Below are positions 12,944-25,926 of a DNA stretch of 64,000 nt, piece by piece. The translations under genes and the position numbers were made by a program. This DNA comes from Octopus vulgaris (lineage: Eukaryota). Position 1 is the first letter of the stretch; the number at the start of each line of letters is the position of its first letter. The stretch spans positions 65,038,001-65,102,000 of the forward strand of contig OX597831.1 of NCBI GenBank assembly GCA_951406725.2, written 5' to 3'. The notes beneath the pieces were generated by a model, which worked only from the letters and a program-made list of their open reading frames with translations, made no database searches and had not been told where the DNA came from.

Positions 12944-13371
12944 AGCAAAACGCCCCCCGTCCAATGGACGGTACTGAGTTGACAAACATTTAAACCAAAT
13001 TTTCTCAAAACATCTTGCCCGACCGTCCCATAGGCCTCCCTTTTGAGAAACACTGATTTAACCTAAATTTGAGACAGCAGCAAAAGAAGAAATAAAGATA
13101 GACCTTTTTTTCTATTCCAAAGAAAAACGATTTTATTCACACAACGCGTAGTATCGATCGCAACAACTGATGTACTTATGCGTACAAATGCACGTTCCCA
13201 CGGCTTTATCGATTGCATTCTCACCTGGAATCGATTTTTGTAATTTTTTCAAGACTTATACACGCCCTGATACCGCCGGTATCTACACATCAAATTTGAA
13301 CGCAATCGGATGGAGGATGCCCGAGATCCTAGAAGACACACACACAGACAGAACGGATTTTATATAATAGA
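12942..13371 (-). mobile_element. Non-autonomous Helitron, deletion derivative of 50181-51486
   Basis: Minus-strand 5' TC start and 3' hairpin CCGTCCATTGGACGG; both ends match the longer copy. Confidence 0.75.
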
Positions 13372-13386
13372 TATGCATATATATAA

Positions 13387-13617
13387 GGCGGCGAGCTGGC
13401 AGAAACGTTAGCACGCCGGGCGAAAGGCGTAGCCGTATTTCGTCTGTCGTTACGTTCTGAGTTCAAATTCCGCCGAGGTCGACTTTGCGTTTCATCCTTG
13501 CGGGGTCAATAAATTAAGTACCAGTTGCGCACTGGCGTCGATGTACTCGACTTAATCCGTTTGTCAGTCCTTGTTTGTCCTCTCTGTGTTTAGCCCCTTG
13601 TGGGTAATAAAGAAACA
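13387..13617 (+). mobile_element. tRNA-derived SINE family B, full length
   Basis: A-box TGGCAGAAACG, B-box GAGTTCAAATTC, central TTTCATCC...GGGGTC.ATAAATTAAGTACC; at least 8 copies in window. Confidence 0.85.
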
Positions 13618-14639
13618 GATATGCATATATATATAGGGAGAGTTTACGATAAAAAACAGAAGACGAAGACAGGTGGTGTACAAAACAAACAGATGTATTA
13701 GTATAACGCTCAGGAATAGAAAAAATATTTTACGTTTCGAGCCTACGCTCTTCTACAGAAAGGGACACAGAAAAAAATATATGTATATATTGTTTATATT
13801 ATATATATATATGTACACACCAGCATATACATACACACATACATACATACATACATGCATACATACATACATACATACATACATACATACATACATACAT
13901 ACATACATACATACATACATACATACATACATACATACATAATGGTTGTCAACTTGTTAAATGAGTATGGCCATCATTGACAAATTATCTTTCTGTGTTT
14001 TTTTTTTTTATTTTCAGTGCCCATGGGACCTACAATGGCTTTTAAAACCAAGAAATGAGTTGCATTTTTTGTTGCAGATATGGCATTCCTTTTCATGTGC
14101 TGCAATTTGGTGCTTGTTTGATTGTGAGCTTCATGTACCTTGTAAATCCAGAACTGTTGGAAAATTCCATACTACGTAGACTGAATATCAAATTAGCTAC
14201 TAGAAATTAATTGAATTCAACCTGAGGGCCTTTCAGCATAAATACATGTCACTAGATTTTTAGACACATCAGAATAGAGCTGTAGGAGAAAGAGACAAAG
14301 AGCGTCTTTGAAGCCTGTTATCCTGAATTATGTGGCGTCTGTTGAAAATTAACGATAACAGAAGATCGTGCCAGACCTCGGGAGGTCATTAACTAAGCTT
14401 TTAGCTATAAATTGCTCGAAAGTTTCACGAACGGTGAGGTGGTTAGGAAGTATGAGATACAACTCTTGTTTTCAAGTCCTTTCGACTTGTATAACCGATT
14501 CGTTATATTGTATTATTTCTAAAACATTGAAAATCTCATTTTTTGGTGATAATTTTTTTATATATAATAGATTAAACAATGAAGATATCAAAAGCACAGT
14601 GACAATGAAATAGAAAAGACAATATTAAAAATATTCAAA

Positions 14640-15320
14640 AAGAAGCTTGCATCCCAACCACATGGTTCCGGGTTCAGTCCCACTGCGTGGTGTTATGTAA
14701 TCATCACAACAAACATGAACAATCAACGTTGCCCATTGTCTCCCTTGATACAAGGACATTCAGTAAGTTTCCCGCCACAACAAATACCTTGTACAACAAC
14801 GGCAGTCTAATAAAGTATCTCGTATCGTTAACACGTTGTTTCAGTCTCTCCCATTTTCTTAATCTTTCATACTAAGTACTCACTACTTCCTTTAATACTC
14901 AATACATTATATATATAACAACAACATGGTGTCAGAATACTAAAAGAACCCAAAATACAGAAACCAAAAGAAAAAAGAAGTTGAAATCATACTTCAAAGA
15001 CGAAATGGAAAATTTGGTTGACGGAAACTGAAAAAAGCCTGTCGTATATATACATATATGTATATGTATATATTTGTGTGCGTCTGTTTGTGTGTGTGTG
15101 TGTGTTTGTTTGTTTGCCTGTGTTTGTCACTCTGTCATCACTTGACAACCGATGCTGGTGTGTTTATATCCTCGTAACTTAGTGGCTCGGCTCAAGAACT
15201 GATACAATAAGTTCTAGGCTTACAAAGAAGAAGTCCTGGAGTCGATATGTTCGATTAAAGGCGATGCTCCAGCATGACCGCAGTGAAATGACTGAAACAA
15301 GAAAAAGAATAAAAGAATAA
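14640..15320 (+). mobile_element. SINE family A interrupted by an LTR fragment
   Basis: Head 14640-14690 and body 15012-15320 match 22878-23286. Confidence 0.7.
14691..14940 (+). mobile_element. Gypsy-like 5' LTR with primer-binding site, truncated
   Basis: TGTTAT...ATAACA termini (14691-14920), internal AATAAA, then PBS-like TGGTGTCAGAA at 14927. Confidence 0.6.
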
Positions 15321-15343
15321 CAGAATCTACCTATCTATATATC

Positions 15344-16318
15344 TGTAGAACGACCGTGCGAAAGGAAAGGTGACGAATGAATGACCCCTTTAATACATCG
15401 CACGGTCGCTTATAATAAAAGCAAAAATAGATGAATGAGTATGAGGGCCAGAAGGAAAAGAAGGACGACACAACCATAGACTGTTAAGAGAAAGGTTTTA
15501 TTTAGGTGTTAGCAGAGTGTGTGTCTGTGTGTGCGACATAAGTTCATATATAATAATATTAATAATGACAATAGACAGGCCGTCATGCATACGTAGTGCG
15601 TATGTGTGTACAGACAAGGGTGTATGCGTATGAGATAAAATATAGAGCATAGAAAGAGTCTATAACAGGACGTTAGCAGTTCAGACACAATGAAGATAAA
15701 TACTAGGTCGTAGTAAGGTACACAATAGTTGAAGTGCCGTAACAAGAAGTTGTGGCTACTATGCTGTGCCGGTTACTTGATACGGGAAGATCTCGCAGGT
15801 TGAGCTTGCTGTTAACCATGGTGAAGTATTCACAAACAGCGTGGAGTAAAACCTGAGCAAATGTTGCTGTGTACGTAGAGATGTTGTTGGCGTCGTTGAG
15901 ATGAAGGCGATGGAGGTCCTATATGCTGCTGGATGAAGTGTTGATGTTTTTCCATGTTGTTGCTGGTGTAGTCGCTGGAACTGGCTGTGTGCTCTGTGGT
16001 CAGTGGTTAGACCTTAGAAGGTCTAGAACCAAAGACGCTCGACTCGATGAATCACTGTTTTATAGCAATTCATAAGCTCAAACAGAGCTTTAGAAAAATT
16101 GTGTCACGGGACCTTATCAGAAGGTTGCGATTGGTTGGGTTGCACAATGGCGCGTAATAGAGCAAGAGACAAATTGCGCCAAAACCAACCAATCAGAGTA
16201 GTGGACACAACAGGGTCCAAGCAGCCGAAGGTTAACTGTTATCTGCTACGTCCGTATTTATGTTATATATATATCAGAGAGAGGGAGAGAGAGAGAATTT
16301 CAGTAAGCGTCCGCTACA
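15344..16318 (-). mobile_element. Solo LTR (~975 bp)
   Basis: TGTAG...CTACA termini, 4-bp TSD TATC, minus-strand CCAAT, TATAAAA and AATAAA in the expected order. Confidence 0.65.
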
Positions 16319-16334
16319 TATCTATCTATCTATC

Positions 16335-16424
<90 letters not shown>

Positions 16425-16436
16425 ATTATCTTTCTT

Positions 16437-16499
<63 letters not shown>

Positions 16500-16528
16500 C
16501 TCGACATACAAACATACGTATATACGTA

Positions 16529-16780
16529 CAGTAATTACTCGCCATATCGCGGTTCGCCTATCGCGTCCTCAGTGCATCGTGAATTTTTCTGGCTAATATA
16601 TGTAAATTTATATCGCGGAGTCCTCAGTATATCGCGGGATTCTGCGGCCGATAGGTATTTATATATATATATTTTTTCGATTTTAATTATTTCTGTGATA
16701 AAAAAGCATTTTCAAACCTAAAAATTAATAAATTAATAAAGAAAAATACAGTACAGTACTGCACTGTATAACAATATATA
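16529..16780. mobile_element. Tigger/pogo-like MITE fragment
   Basis: TA-CAGT start, repeated TATCGCG subterminal motifs, internal TACAGTAC motifs; right TIR not found. Confidence 0.4.
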
Positions 16781-16981
16781 TAAGATATATTAAAAGAAAA
16801 TACGTAATGTACCGTAGATGAGTAAACAAAGAATCGCACATTTTGTATGGAAAAGAAAACTTGGGAGGCGAGTGTGAGGTGGTGTTTTGCATTTATAATA
16901 AAATAAATATAAACAAAATATAAAAGTAATAAAAATATATATATAGCAAAACCTCATATATATATAAATATATATATATAA

Positions 16982-17345
16982 GGCGCAGGAGTGGCTGTGT
17001 GGTAAGTAGCTTGCTTACCAACTACATGGTTCCGGATTCAGTCCCACTACGTGGAATCTTCTACTCTAGCCTTGAGTCGACGGAAACTGAAAGAAGCCCA
17101 TCGTATCTATGTATATGTATATATGTGTGTGTGTGTTTGTGTGTCTGTGTTTGTCTCCCCAACATCGCTTGACAACCGATGCCGGTGTGTTTACGTCCAC
17201 GTAACTTAGCGGTTCGGGTTAAGAGACCGATAGAATAAGTACTAGGCTTACAAAGAATAAGTCCTGCGGTCAATTTGCTCGACTAAATGCGGTGCTACAG
17301 CATGGCCGCAGTCAAATGACTGAAACAAGTAAAAGAGTAAAAGAG
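16982..17345 (+). mobile_element. tRNA-derived SINE family A with internal microsatellite
   Basis: Head GGCGCAGGAGTGGCTGTGTGGTAAG, B-box-like GG(A/G)TTCAGTCCC, tail GAAACAAGTAAAAGAG; many copies. Confidence 0.85.
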
Positions 17346-17352
17346 TATAGTA

Positions 17353-18571
17353 CGAGGGACGTTCAATAAGTAATGCCTCTGACCCACTTGCATTTGTTTG
17401 ATCAAGCTGAAATTTTGCATGTGCAATTATTTATATCTCTATAGATTAAGTGGCAAATTACAGCTCTGAATTAATTGTGGTTTCTGATTTACAGGTGTTT
17501 GAACCGAGTCAAGTGTGAAATGGAGCCTGTTGAGTGTCGAGCAGTGATCCGGTTTTTGTATTTGAAAGGACGCACACCACGGGAGACTTTTGATGAAATG
17601 AAAGTAACTTATGGTAATGATGCCCCATCATATCACCTTGTAAAACGCTAGCATCGTGAATTCAAACATGGTCGGAACTTTGTGGAAACAGCTCCCAGAT
17701 CTGGTCGTCCTACCTCTGCCATTGATGAGGCATCTGTCCGTCAATTTGAGGCTGCCATTTTGGAAGATCGACGCATAATTATTCGCCAAATAGCCCATGA
17801 GGTCAAGATTAGTACCGGGTCTGTGGAAACTATCATTCATGACCATTTGCATATGCAAAAGGTGTCTGCCAGATGGATTCCCAGGTTGCTCACGCCTTTC
17901 CAGAAGCAAGAACGCGTCGATTGCTCGAGGGTGAATTTGGAGATGTGCCAAGAAGATGAGTCAAAATTTTTCAAAAGACTGATTACACAGGATAAAACCT
18001 GGGTCCATCACGATGATCCAGAGACCCAAGCCCAGTCAATGCAGTGGAAGCACCGTGACTCACCCCCTCCAAAGAAGGCAAGGGTGCAGCCCTCCGCTGG
18101 CAAGGTCATGCTCACAGTCTTCTGGGACCAGGACGGAGTAGTGATGACAGATTTCCTGGCAAAGGGTACCACAATTGCAGGAGCCTATTATGCTTCACTT
18201 TTGAGGAAATTAAGAGAAGTTATCAAAATCAAGAGGCGGGGCAAGATCAGCAAAGGCATCCTCCTCCTGCAGGACAACGCTCCGGTCCACAACTCGCTTG
18301 TCGCCAGATCAGAAGCACAGGCGTATGGCTATGAACTCCTCCCCATCCCCCCTACTTTCCTGAACTTGCACCCTCTGATTTTCACCTCTTCCCAATCATG
18401 AAGTTGTTTTTGAAAGGAAAGCGTTTCCCAGATGATGCAGCCTTGATTTCTGAAGACACGTTGAAGTTGGAGGACCAAGCTGGGTTCTTCTACAAAAACG
18501 GTCTCCAGAGCCGCATCAAACGATGGGAGAAAATGCGTAACTCTGGGTGGTTCCTATGTAGAAAAAGACTA
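17353..18571 (+). mobile_element. Mariner transposon with disrupted transposase
   Basis: TA+CGAGGG 5' TIR; ATG 17520 (MEPVECRAVIRFLYLKG); in-frame TAG ~17650; APRSGRP, WIPRLL, TQDKTW, QDNAPVH, LAPSDF; frameshift ~18345; 3' TIR absent. Confidence 0.9.
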
Positions 18572-18699
18572 ATAACTGTGCTTCATTGGTCTTAATTTAT
18601 ATATTTAACCAAGATAGTATTTATCCTTATTATTGATAACCTAATCCCAGCTATTTGGTTATTTGTTGACCCTTCAAGTGTAAAATTCTTCAGGTTTCG

Positions 18700-19600
18700 A
18701 AGCAAAAAAGTCCTCAATACCACAATTAATAAACTATCATCCCTCCAAATAATATTGCAATCATTTGAAAAGATGATATCAGGGAAGTAAGGTGAAGAGA
18801 GTAAGGAGGATGAAGCAAAATTTCTAAATTTAATACAATATTTTCCTGAATGACTTAGGCAACATATGGTCCTACATTATTGTATGGGCGCATTTTCTGC
18901 GAGTTTTTGTGTAATACATCCATTTAACAATACATCGCATTAACTGCTTCGTTTTTGTTTAACAGTTTATGAAAGACGACATCCTCAACCAAACACAGAG
19001 CATACCATTTTTTTTCGGTTGTAGTCCTGGTTTGAGGGCGGATTCTCCTTTTTCATTTGGTGCTAGCCATTATTGTTTTCGTTGAACATGTTAATAGAAA
19101 ACTCACTTTTTCTTACTTGCGAAAATTCTACACAGGGAAGGTTCGGTAGCAAATCTATTCTTCTGTGAAAAGTAGAAAGCTATTCATAGATTAAAGCTGC
19201 GGAGCAGTCAAATGACGAGCGACCGACTGAACTAGTTATGACAACCTCCATAGTTTATGAATGTGTGTTAGGATCGCAGTGTGACCTGAATTAAACTGTT
19301 TTGCTATTTCTCGAGTAATTCGTTTCGGATTTTCCTCATCTGTAGTATTCAGAAGCTCATTATTGATAGAACTTGGTCATGTAGATCGAGGGGAATTTGT
19401 GAGAGAAAAGTTTTTTGAGCGAACCCGGTCATGTCCGGACTCTTTAAGCTTCGTTTCCACAGACAGAGTGAAATATTTCTTGCCGCTTCCATTTGTGAAG
19501 AGCCCGTTTTCTAATCCACACAACACGCAATGTCTGATATGGGTTTTATCTAAACTCATTTTAAAAGAGTAAAATCAATACGAAGTTAACATCTATGGCA
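18700..19600 (-). pseudogene. Second, heavily decayed mariner transposase
   Basis: Minus strand MSLDKTHIRHCVL..., NSPRST.P, REIAKQFN, KPGLQPKK with many stops. Confidence 0.55.
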
Positions 19601-19665
19601 TAAAGTAATCTGCAAAGTAAAGGGAGAAAAGAAACATATTAGGCTTATTTTACAATAAGTGGTCA

Positions 19666-20054
19666 TGTATATAAAGCTGAAGTTGTCTGTGTGTGGCAGG
19701 TTTGGTAGCCTTCAACTAACACTATCTCCTCCGAGACCCTGCGGCGCAAATCGACCAAAATTGAGAGTATGATAGAAGAAGGCTTACTCTTCATTCCGTA
19801 GAAGATAAAATTCAAATTGGACCATGTTAACACCAAAAATTATTTACATCAAAAAGGTGCTTTATTTCTATGAAAATTCCTATTTTTTACGGTTTTTTGA
19901 CTGCTATTTTGTCGCTATTTTTCGATGTATTTCAACCAGAAAAATGTTCACTTAAAGAGAATAACAAGCTACACAATGCAAAATTCTTACTTTCCAAAAA
20001 TTCCAATTCTAAAGGGTCGAAACAAACCCGAGCAACGCCGGGCGATACTGCTAG
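19666..20054 (+). mobile_element. Non-autonomous Helitron
   Basis: 3' hairpin CCCGAGCAACGCCGGG then CTAG|T; typical 5' TATATAAAG...GTCTGTGTG. Confidence 0.7.
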
Positions 20055-20807
20055 TATGTGATAAGGCTTCGTTTCCAATCTAACAAGCGCGCGCGCACAC
20101 ATTGGTTTCAAACGCCCTCTTCCGAAATTGTTCGCACAGGGCCGAAGACGAGCTGAATCGTCGGACTGTGACTATATACAAATAGTGCGAACATGGGCCC
20201 GGGAACTGGAGGTACGGGGGGGGGGGGGGGTTTGCAACCACTGATTTTTTTTGTTTTGGTGGGGGATGCAAAATAAAAAACTGCACCCTCTTACCTTTCT
20301 CGGTCTTGGGAAATTATGTTTAAAAAAATTGGTCTGTAAAATGTTGCTTGAATTTTCTGTTTGTTCTCAAAACAAGAACAAAGAACTAAAATAAAAAGAA
20401 AACCAAAATATCCCGAGAAAGGTATATTACTGAATTAAAGCATCGTCATCATTAAAATTTAAAAAAGAACATATATATATTACACCAACAGCCGTAGTCA
20501 CTCCTCAATACTAGCACAATCGATGACCTGTTAAACTCCACAATCAAGAACCCTTCACAGTCCAGCTTTCCACATTCCTTATTTCCTCTGAATACCACGA
20601 CTGACCCATCATCATCATTGCCATCATGCTCTACTACTACGACCCTTACCACAACTAAACAACAACAATGGCCACAGCCTCTCCTCAATACTAACGCAAT
20701 TGATGACCGGATCAAACAACACAGTCCCTAGCTTCTCCCTTCAGTGAGGTTACTCAAATTCTCCTCAGAATAACACATAAGATCCATCATCACTATTGCC
20801 GTCTTAT

Positions 20808-20817
20808 TCTACTACTA

Positions 20818-20892
<75 letters not shown>

Positions 20893-20904
20893 CTACTACT
20901 ACTG

Positions 20905-20959
<55 letters not shown>

Positions 20960-20960
20960 A
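20808..20960. repeat. Compound (ACT)n/(GCT)n microsatellite
   Basis: Direct inspection. Confidence 0.95.
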
Positions 20961-21237
20961 ATTAGTGAAGAATCACTCCTTTCCTCACTCCACTGTTCGC
21001 CTTAATCTGAATGCATACCTCCAGCTCCATGATAAATCTGCCAACTGTAAATAAAGTAAAACTACGAAAACGTGGAAACCCAAAATATGCCGCTATTCTC
21101 AACGCGAGAGACTATACATACGCAGTGACTGCAACTTCACTGATTTATCAGGGACAGGATGCACAAATTTTACAAGCAATACCAACCAACATCAAAACAC
21201 ACATCTTATAACACCACCACCACCACCACTAAATACC

Positions 21238-21652
21238 TATTTCTTTACTACCCACAAAGGGGCTAAACACAGAGGGGACAAACAAGGACAGACATAGGTA
21301 TTAAGTCGATTACATCGACCCCAGTGCGTCACTGGTACTTAATTTATCGACCCCGAAAGGATGAAAGGCAAAGTCGACCTCGGCGGAATTTGAACTCAGA
21401 ACGTAGCGGCAGACGAAATACCTATTTCTTTATTACCCACAAGGGGCTAAACACAGAGGGGACAAACAAGGACAGACATAGGTATTAAGTCGATTACATC
21501 GACCCCAGTGCGTAACTGGTACTTAATTTATCGACCCCGAAAGGATGAAAAGCAAAGTCGACCTCGGCGGAATTTGAACTCACAACGTAACGCAGACGAA
21601 ATACCGTTAAGCATTTCGCCCGGCGTGCTAACGTTTCTGCCAGCTCGCCGCC
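21238..21652 (-). mobile_element. SINE family B head-to-tail dimer
   Basis: Full unit 21423-21652 followed by a 5'-shortened unit 21238-21422. Confidence 0.85.
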
Positions 21653-21839
21653 TTAAATGCCAAATCACGCTTAATAACTTAATAACATGTAACCCGGAAA
21701 CCTGAAACCTTTTGCTATTCCTAATGCAAAAAGTTATATATCTGAAGTGTGACTGTCCCTTCATTCAGCTTTCGGGTATTCGATGCACAATTAAAAGCAT
21801 GACTCTAAACCACCACCAAATCCACAATCGAAACATTTC

Positions 21840-22650
21840 TTACAGTGGCAGTGTTTGTCCAAATTTTCAAGAAGAAGCAGCGCTCTTTATCCGAGAAGGC
21901 CTGGCAACAAATGTCCTCTCCCATAGTGTGTGATACACTAACGATGCATGTGATCGACCTCAATTTGATAATAGACATTACCTACCATCCTTCTGACGCG
22001 GTAAACCATGGAGATCACTTCAGAGATGTTTTGTTGCTCATAAGTCAAACCCTAAGTGATGCCAGCCCACAGGCCAATCTACTTTTAACGAAGAACTTTA
22101 ATTTTCCTTCACTCAGATGTCCGAAGTATAGCTCTTTGACTTCCTATACAGTAGAAGTCAATCTGTTATTGTAAATGGTTTTCTCGCTTCTAAGGCACCT
22201 GTAATAAGTGGTATACTTCAAGGAACGGTTCTGAGACCATTATTATTTATCATTACCCAGTCATTTATAGTGTCACAAGGTACACAAATGAAGCAAAAAT
22301 ATCAAGAGCTATCCAAATCCCAGAAGATACCATCACACTCCAAAATGAGATATTCCTCATTTATCAATGGGCAGATAAAAATAATATGAAATTTAATAGA
22401 TACATAAAAATTTCAGATTCTTCGTTACGGAGGGAATACATATTTGGCACCAGAATACAATATTTGGCACCAGATAACACAATGATTCAGAGCGCTAATG
22501 GCATAAGGGACTGAGGAGTAAACATGTCAAATGATTCATCGTTCATTGATCACACCGCCAAAGTGACCTCTGAATGAAGATATCTTAGAGGAAGGATCCT
22601 AAGAATCTTCATGACAAGATAACCGGTAGTTATGCTAACCTTAGTTCTGA
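21840..22650 (+). pseudogene. Decayed CR1/Jockey-group LINE ORF2 fragments
   Basis: ITYHPSD, NFNFP, SGILQGTVLRPLLFII, WADKNNMKFN remnants. Confidence 0.6.
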
Positions 22651-22877
22651 GCAGATTTAGTCTCACAGAAACTTAAAGAAGCGTGTCTCACACACACGCA
22701 CGCACGCGCGCGCACATATACACACACACACATACATACGTGTTCTTCAATGTGGTGCTCCAGCATGGCCACTGTCTAATGACTCAAACAAGTAAAAGAT
22801 AATACAAACACACATATATATACACATATGCATATAACTATCTATCTATCTATATATCTATCTATCTATCTATATAT

Positions 22878-23037
22878 AGGAGTGGCTGTGTGGTAAGTAG
22901 CTTGCTAACCAACCACATGGTTCCGGGTTCAGTCCCACTGCGTGGTATCTTGGGCAAGTGTCTTCTGCTATAGCCTCAGGCCGACCAATGCCTTGTGAGT
23001 GGATTTGGTAGACGGAAACTGAAAGAAGCCTGTCGTA

Positions 23038-23078
<41 letters not shown>

Positions 23079-23286
23079 GTATGTGTTTGTGTGTTTGTCC
23101 CCCTAGCATTGCTTGACAACCGATGCTGGTGTGTTTACGTCCCTGTCACTTAGCGGCTTGGCAAAAGAGACCGATAGAATAAGTGCTGGGCTTACAAAGA
23201 ATAGGTCCCGGGGTCGATTTGGTCGACTAAAGGCGGTGCTCCAGCATGGCCGCAGTCAAATGACTGAAACAAGTAAAAGAGTAAAA
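22878..23286 (+). mobile_element. SINE family A
   Basis: Near full-length match to other copies. Confidence 0.85.
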
Positions 23287-23300
23287 AAAAAGGGAAAAGA

Positions 23301-23360
<60 letters not shown>

Positions 23361-23364
<4 letters not shown>

Positions 23365-23625
23365 AGGCGCAATGGCCCAGTGGTTAGGGCAGTAGACTCG
23401 CAGTCGGAGGATCGCGGTTTCGATTCCCAGACCCGGCAGGGGGTGGTAGCGACCCCTGTTGTACTCTTTCGCCACAACTTTCTCTCACTCCCTCTTCTTG
23501 TTTCTTGAGTAACGCTGCGATGGGCTGGCGTCCTGTCCAGCTGGGGGGGGGGGGGGAACACATACGCCACAGAAACCGGGAAACCGGGCCCATGAGCCTG
23601 GCTAGGCTTGAAAAGGGCGAGAGGA
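23361..23625 (+). mobile_element. tRNA-derived SINE family C
   Basis: A-box TGGCCCAGTGG, B-box GGTTTCGATTCC; other copies at 43491-43794 (-) and 45493-45795 (+). Confidence 0.75.
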
Positions 23626-23627
23626 GG

Positions 23628-23678
<51 letters not shown>

Positions 23679-24097
23679 CTTGGAAAAGGATGCGTGGCGT
23701 TCGATCATATAATAATATAGATAATATATAAATATATGCATATATATACATACCTACACATATATGTATATATACATGCATATATGGGTACAGGACATCA
23801 AAAAAACTTTGAACACAATGAGATATGAAAACATAAAAATGAAAACATAGAAACAAGCTTTTTTTCGAACAACGAAAAAAACAGAGAAACGAGACATACA
23901 ACATAAAGAATATTCCCCTTCTCCAGTTGTCCCTGTTTCATCTACATAAAACATACATACATACGTGTGTGTGTGTGTGTTAGGGATGTGTCTCGTCCTA
24001 TTTAAATGCTGTACTAGATGGCAGTCTTCAGTAAGTATTCCCTAAGGATCTGCTATGGATACCACAAACCACAGCCTTTCATACCACTGCTAAATAC

Positions 24098-24129
<32 letters not shown>

Positions 24130-24132
<3 letters not shown>

Positions 24133-25926
24133 AAAGTTTGTTTGGTAAAGCACGTGGGTGAATATATAAGAAAATAGTAAAGTGTGAAAAAACGACAGAA
24201 GGCTTAAATGTTAAAAAATATATATATTTGTGTCAAAATGTCTGGAGAATATTGGAAAAATTTTTTTTCCCTTTCCTTAAAATGACATAATTTTAAAATT
24301 TTTAAAGAAATTACCGGTTTCGCGTGTAGCTTTTCAAATTTCTTGTGACGTTATGTTTATATTGCATGGAATTATCGTTGTTTTTATTTCCAGGAGATTT
24401 CTAAATAAGGGGAGGTAGTGAGTGATTTTTTCCGGTGTAGGGGAGATAATCGCTTAAAAATTTTTTTCCCATTTCCTTGTTAATTTCTCTGTGTCAGTAT
24501 GTTCGGATGGTTGAGTCTGGGTTTGTACTTTTCAATGAAGAATGTTTCCTTGTTCAGTCTCATTTGTGTTGATGATCCGAAAGCACATTGGTAAAATGGG
24601 AAGATTAAAAATTGTGGCAGTAGTTGCTTTGCGCATTTCTCAATGTGCTCACTAAAAGGTATCATTCTATATTCTGGGAATGCAATCTGTTGTCGATGCA
24701 GTGTGCATCTGCGCCTGAGTGATAGTCCCGTGGAACCCACGTAGTCTTGGTGGCAGCCCGAGCATTTAATAACATAAATTATGTTTTCAGAGGCACAAGT
24801 AAAGTTAGATTTGATCTTAAATTTCTGTCCCTCTTTAAAGAAGAATTCTGATCCTTCCAATAGGTTAGGACATGTTGCACAGTTCGATCTACCACATTTT
24901 TTTACTTTTGCATCCGTAATTTTAGAAGACAATTTTGCCTTTGTGAGAATCTTTTTAAGTGATTTAGGCTGTTTGTAGCTTTTAATGATTTGGTGTATGT
25001 TTAGAATTTCCTTTAATTTTGGGTTTTTATGAAGTATTGGTAAATTCTGGGTGATGATGGTGAAGGCTTCTTTGTTTCTGGGGTTGTATGTAGATATGTA
25101 AGGTAGTATTTTCGGGGAAGGTGTGTTGTTGTGTTTTAACCTTAAAATAGAAACAGACATTTTTTACAAAGCCACAGACGCCAAACAATACCTTCTTTTT
25201 AATTCATGCCACCCAAGACACACTAAAACAAACATCCCCTTCAACCTTGCAAGAAGGATATGCACAATAGTGTCAGAACAAAATACCAGGAACTTTAGAC
25301 TGCAAGAACTCAAAAACACCCTAATTGACAGACATTACCCAGCTCAACTCATAGAGGATGGGATCAGACGTGCAACAGAAATCAACATAGAAACTTTAAG
25401 AAAAGTTCAACACAACAACACATTCCCAGAATATAGAATGATACCTTTTAGTGAGCACATTGAGAAATGCGCAAAGCAACTACTGCCACAATTTTTAATC
25501 TTCCCATTTTACCAATGTGCTTTCGGATCATCAACACAAATGAGACTGAACAAGGAAACATTCTTCATTGAAAAGTACAAACCCAGACTCAACCATCCGA
25601 ACATACTGACACAGAGAAATTAACAAGGAAATGGGAAAAAAATTTTTTAAGCGATTATCTCCCCTACACCGGAAAAAATCACTCACTACCTCCCCTTATT
25701 TAGAAATCTCCTGGAAATAAAAACAACGATAATTCCATGCAATATAAACATAACGTCACAAGAAATTTGAAAAGCTACACGCGAAACCGGTAATTTCTTT
25801 AAAAATTTTAAAATTATGTCATTTTAAGGAAAGGGAAAAAAATTTTTCCAATATTCTCCAGACATTTTGACACAAATATATATATTTTTTAACATTTAAG
25901 CCTTCTGTCGTTTTTTCACACTTTAC

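Noticed and set aside
13387-13480. tRNA gene calls at SINE heads (also 16982, 23361)
   Set aside because: A/B boxes present but no complete cloverleaf; continue into SINE bodies
21231-21237. Third SINE B unit starting at AAATACC
   Set aside because: Equally explained as a target-site duplication of TAAATGCC at ~21654
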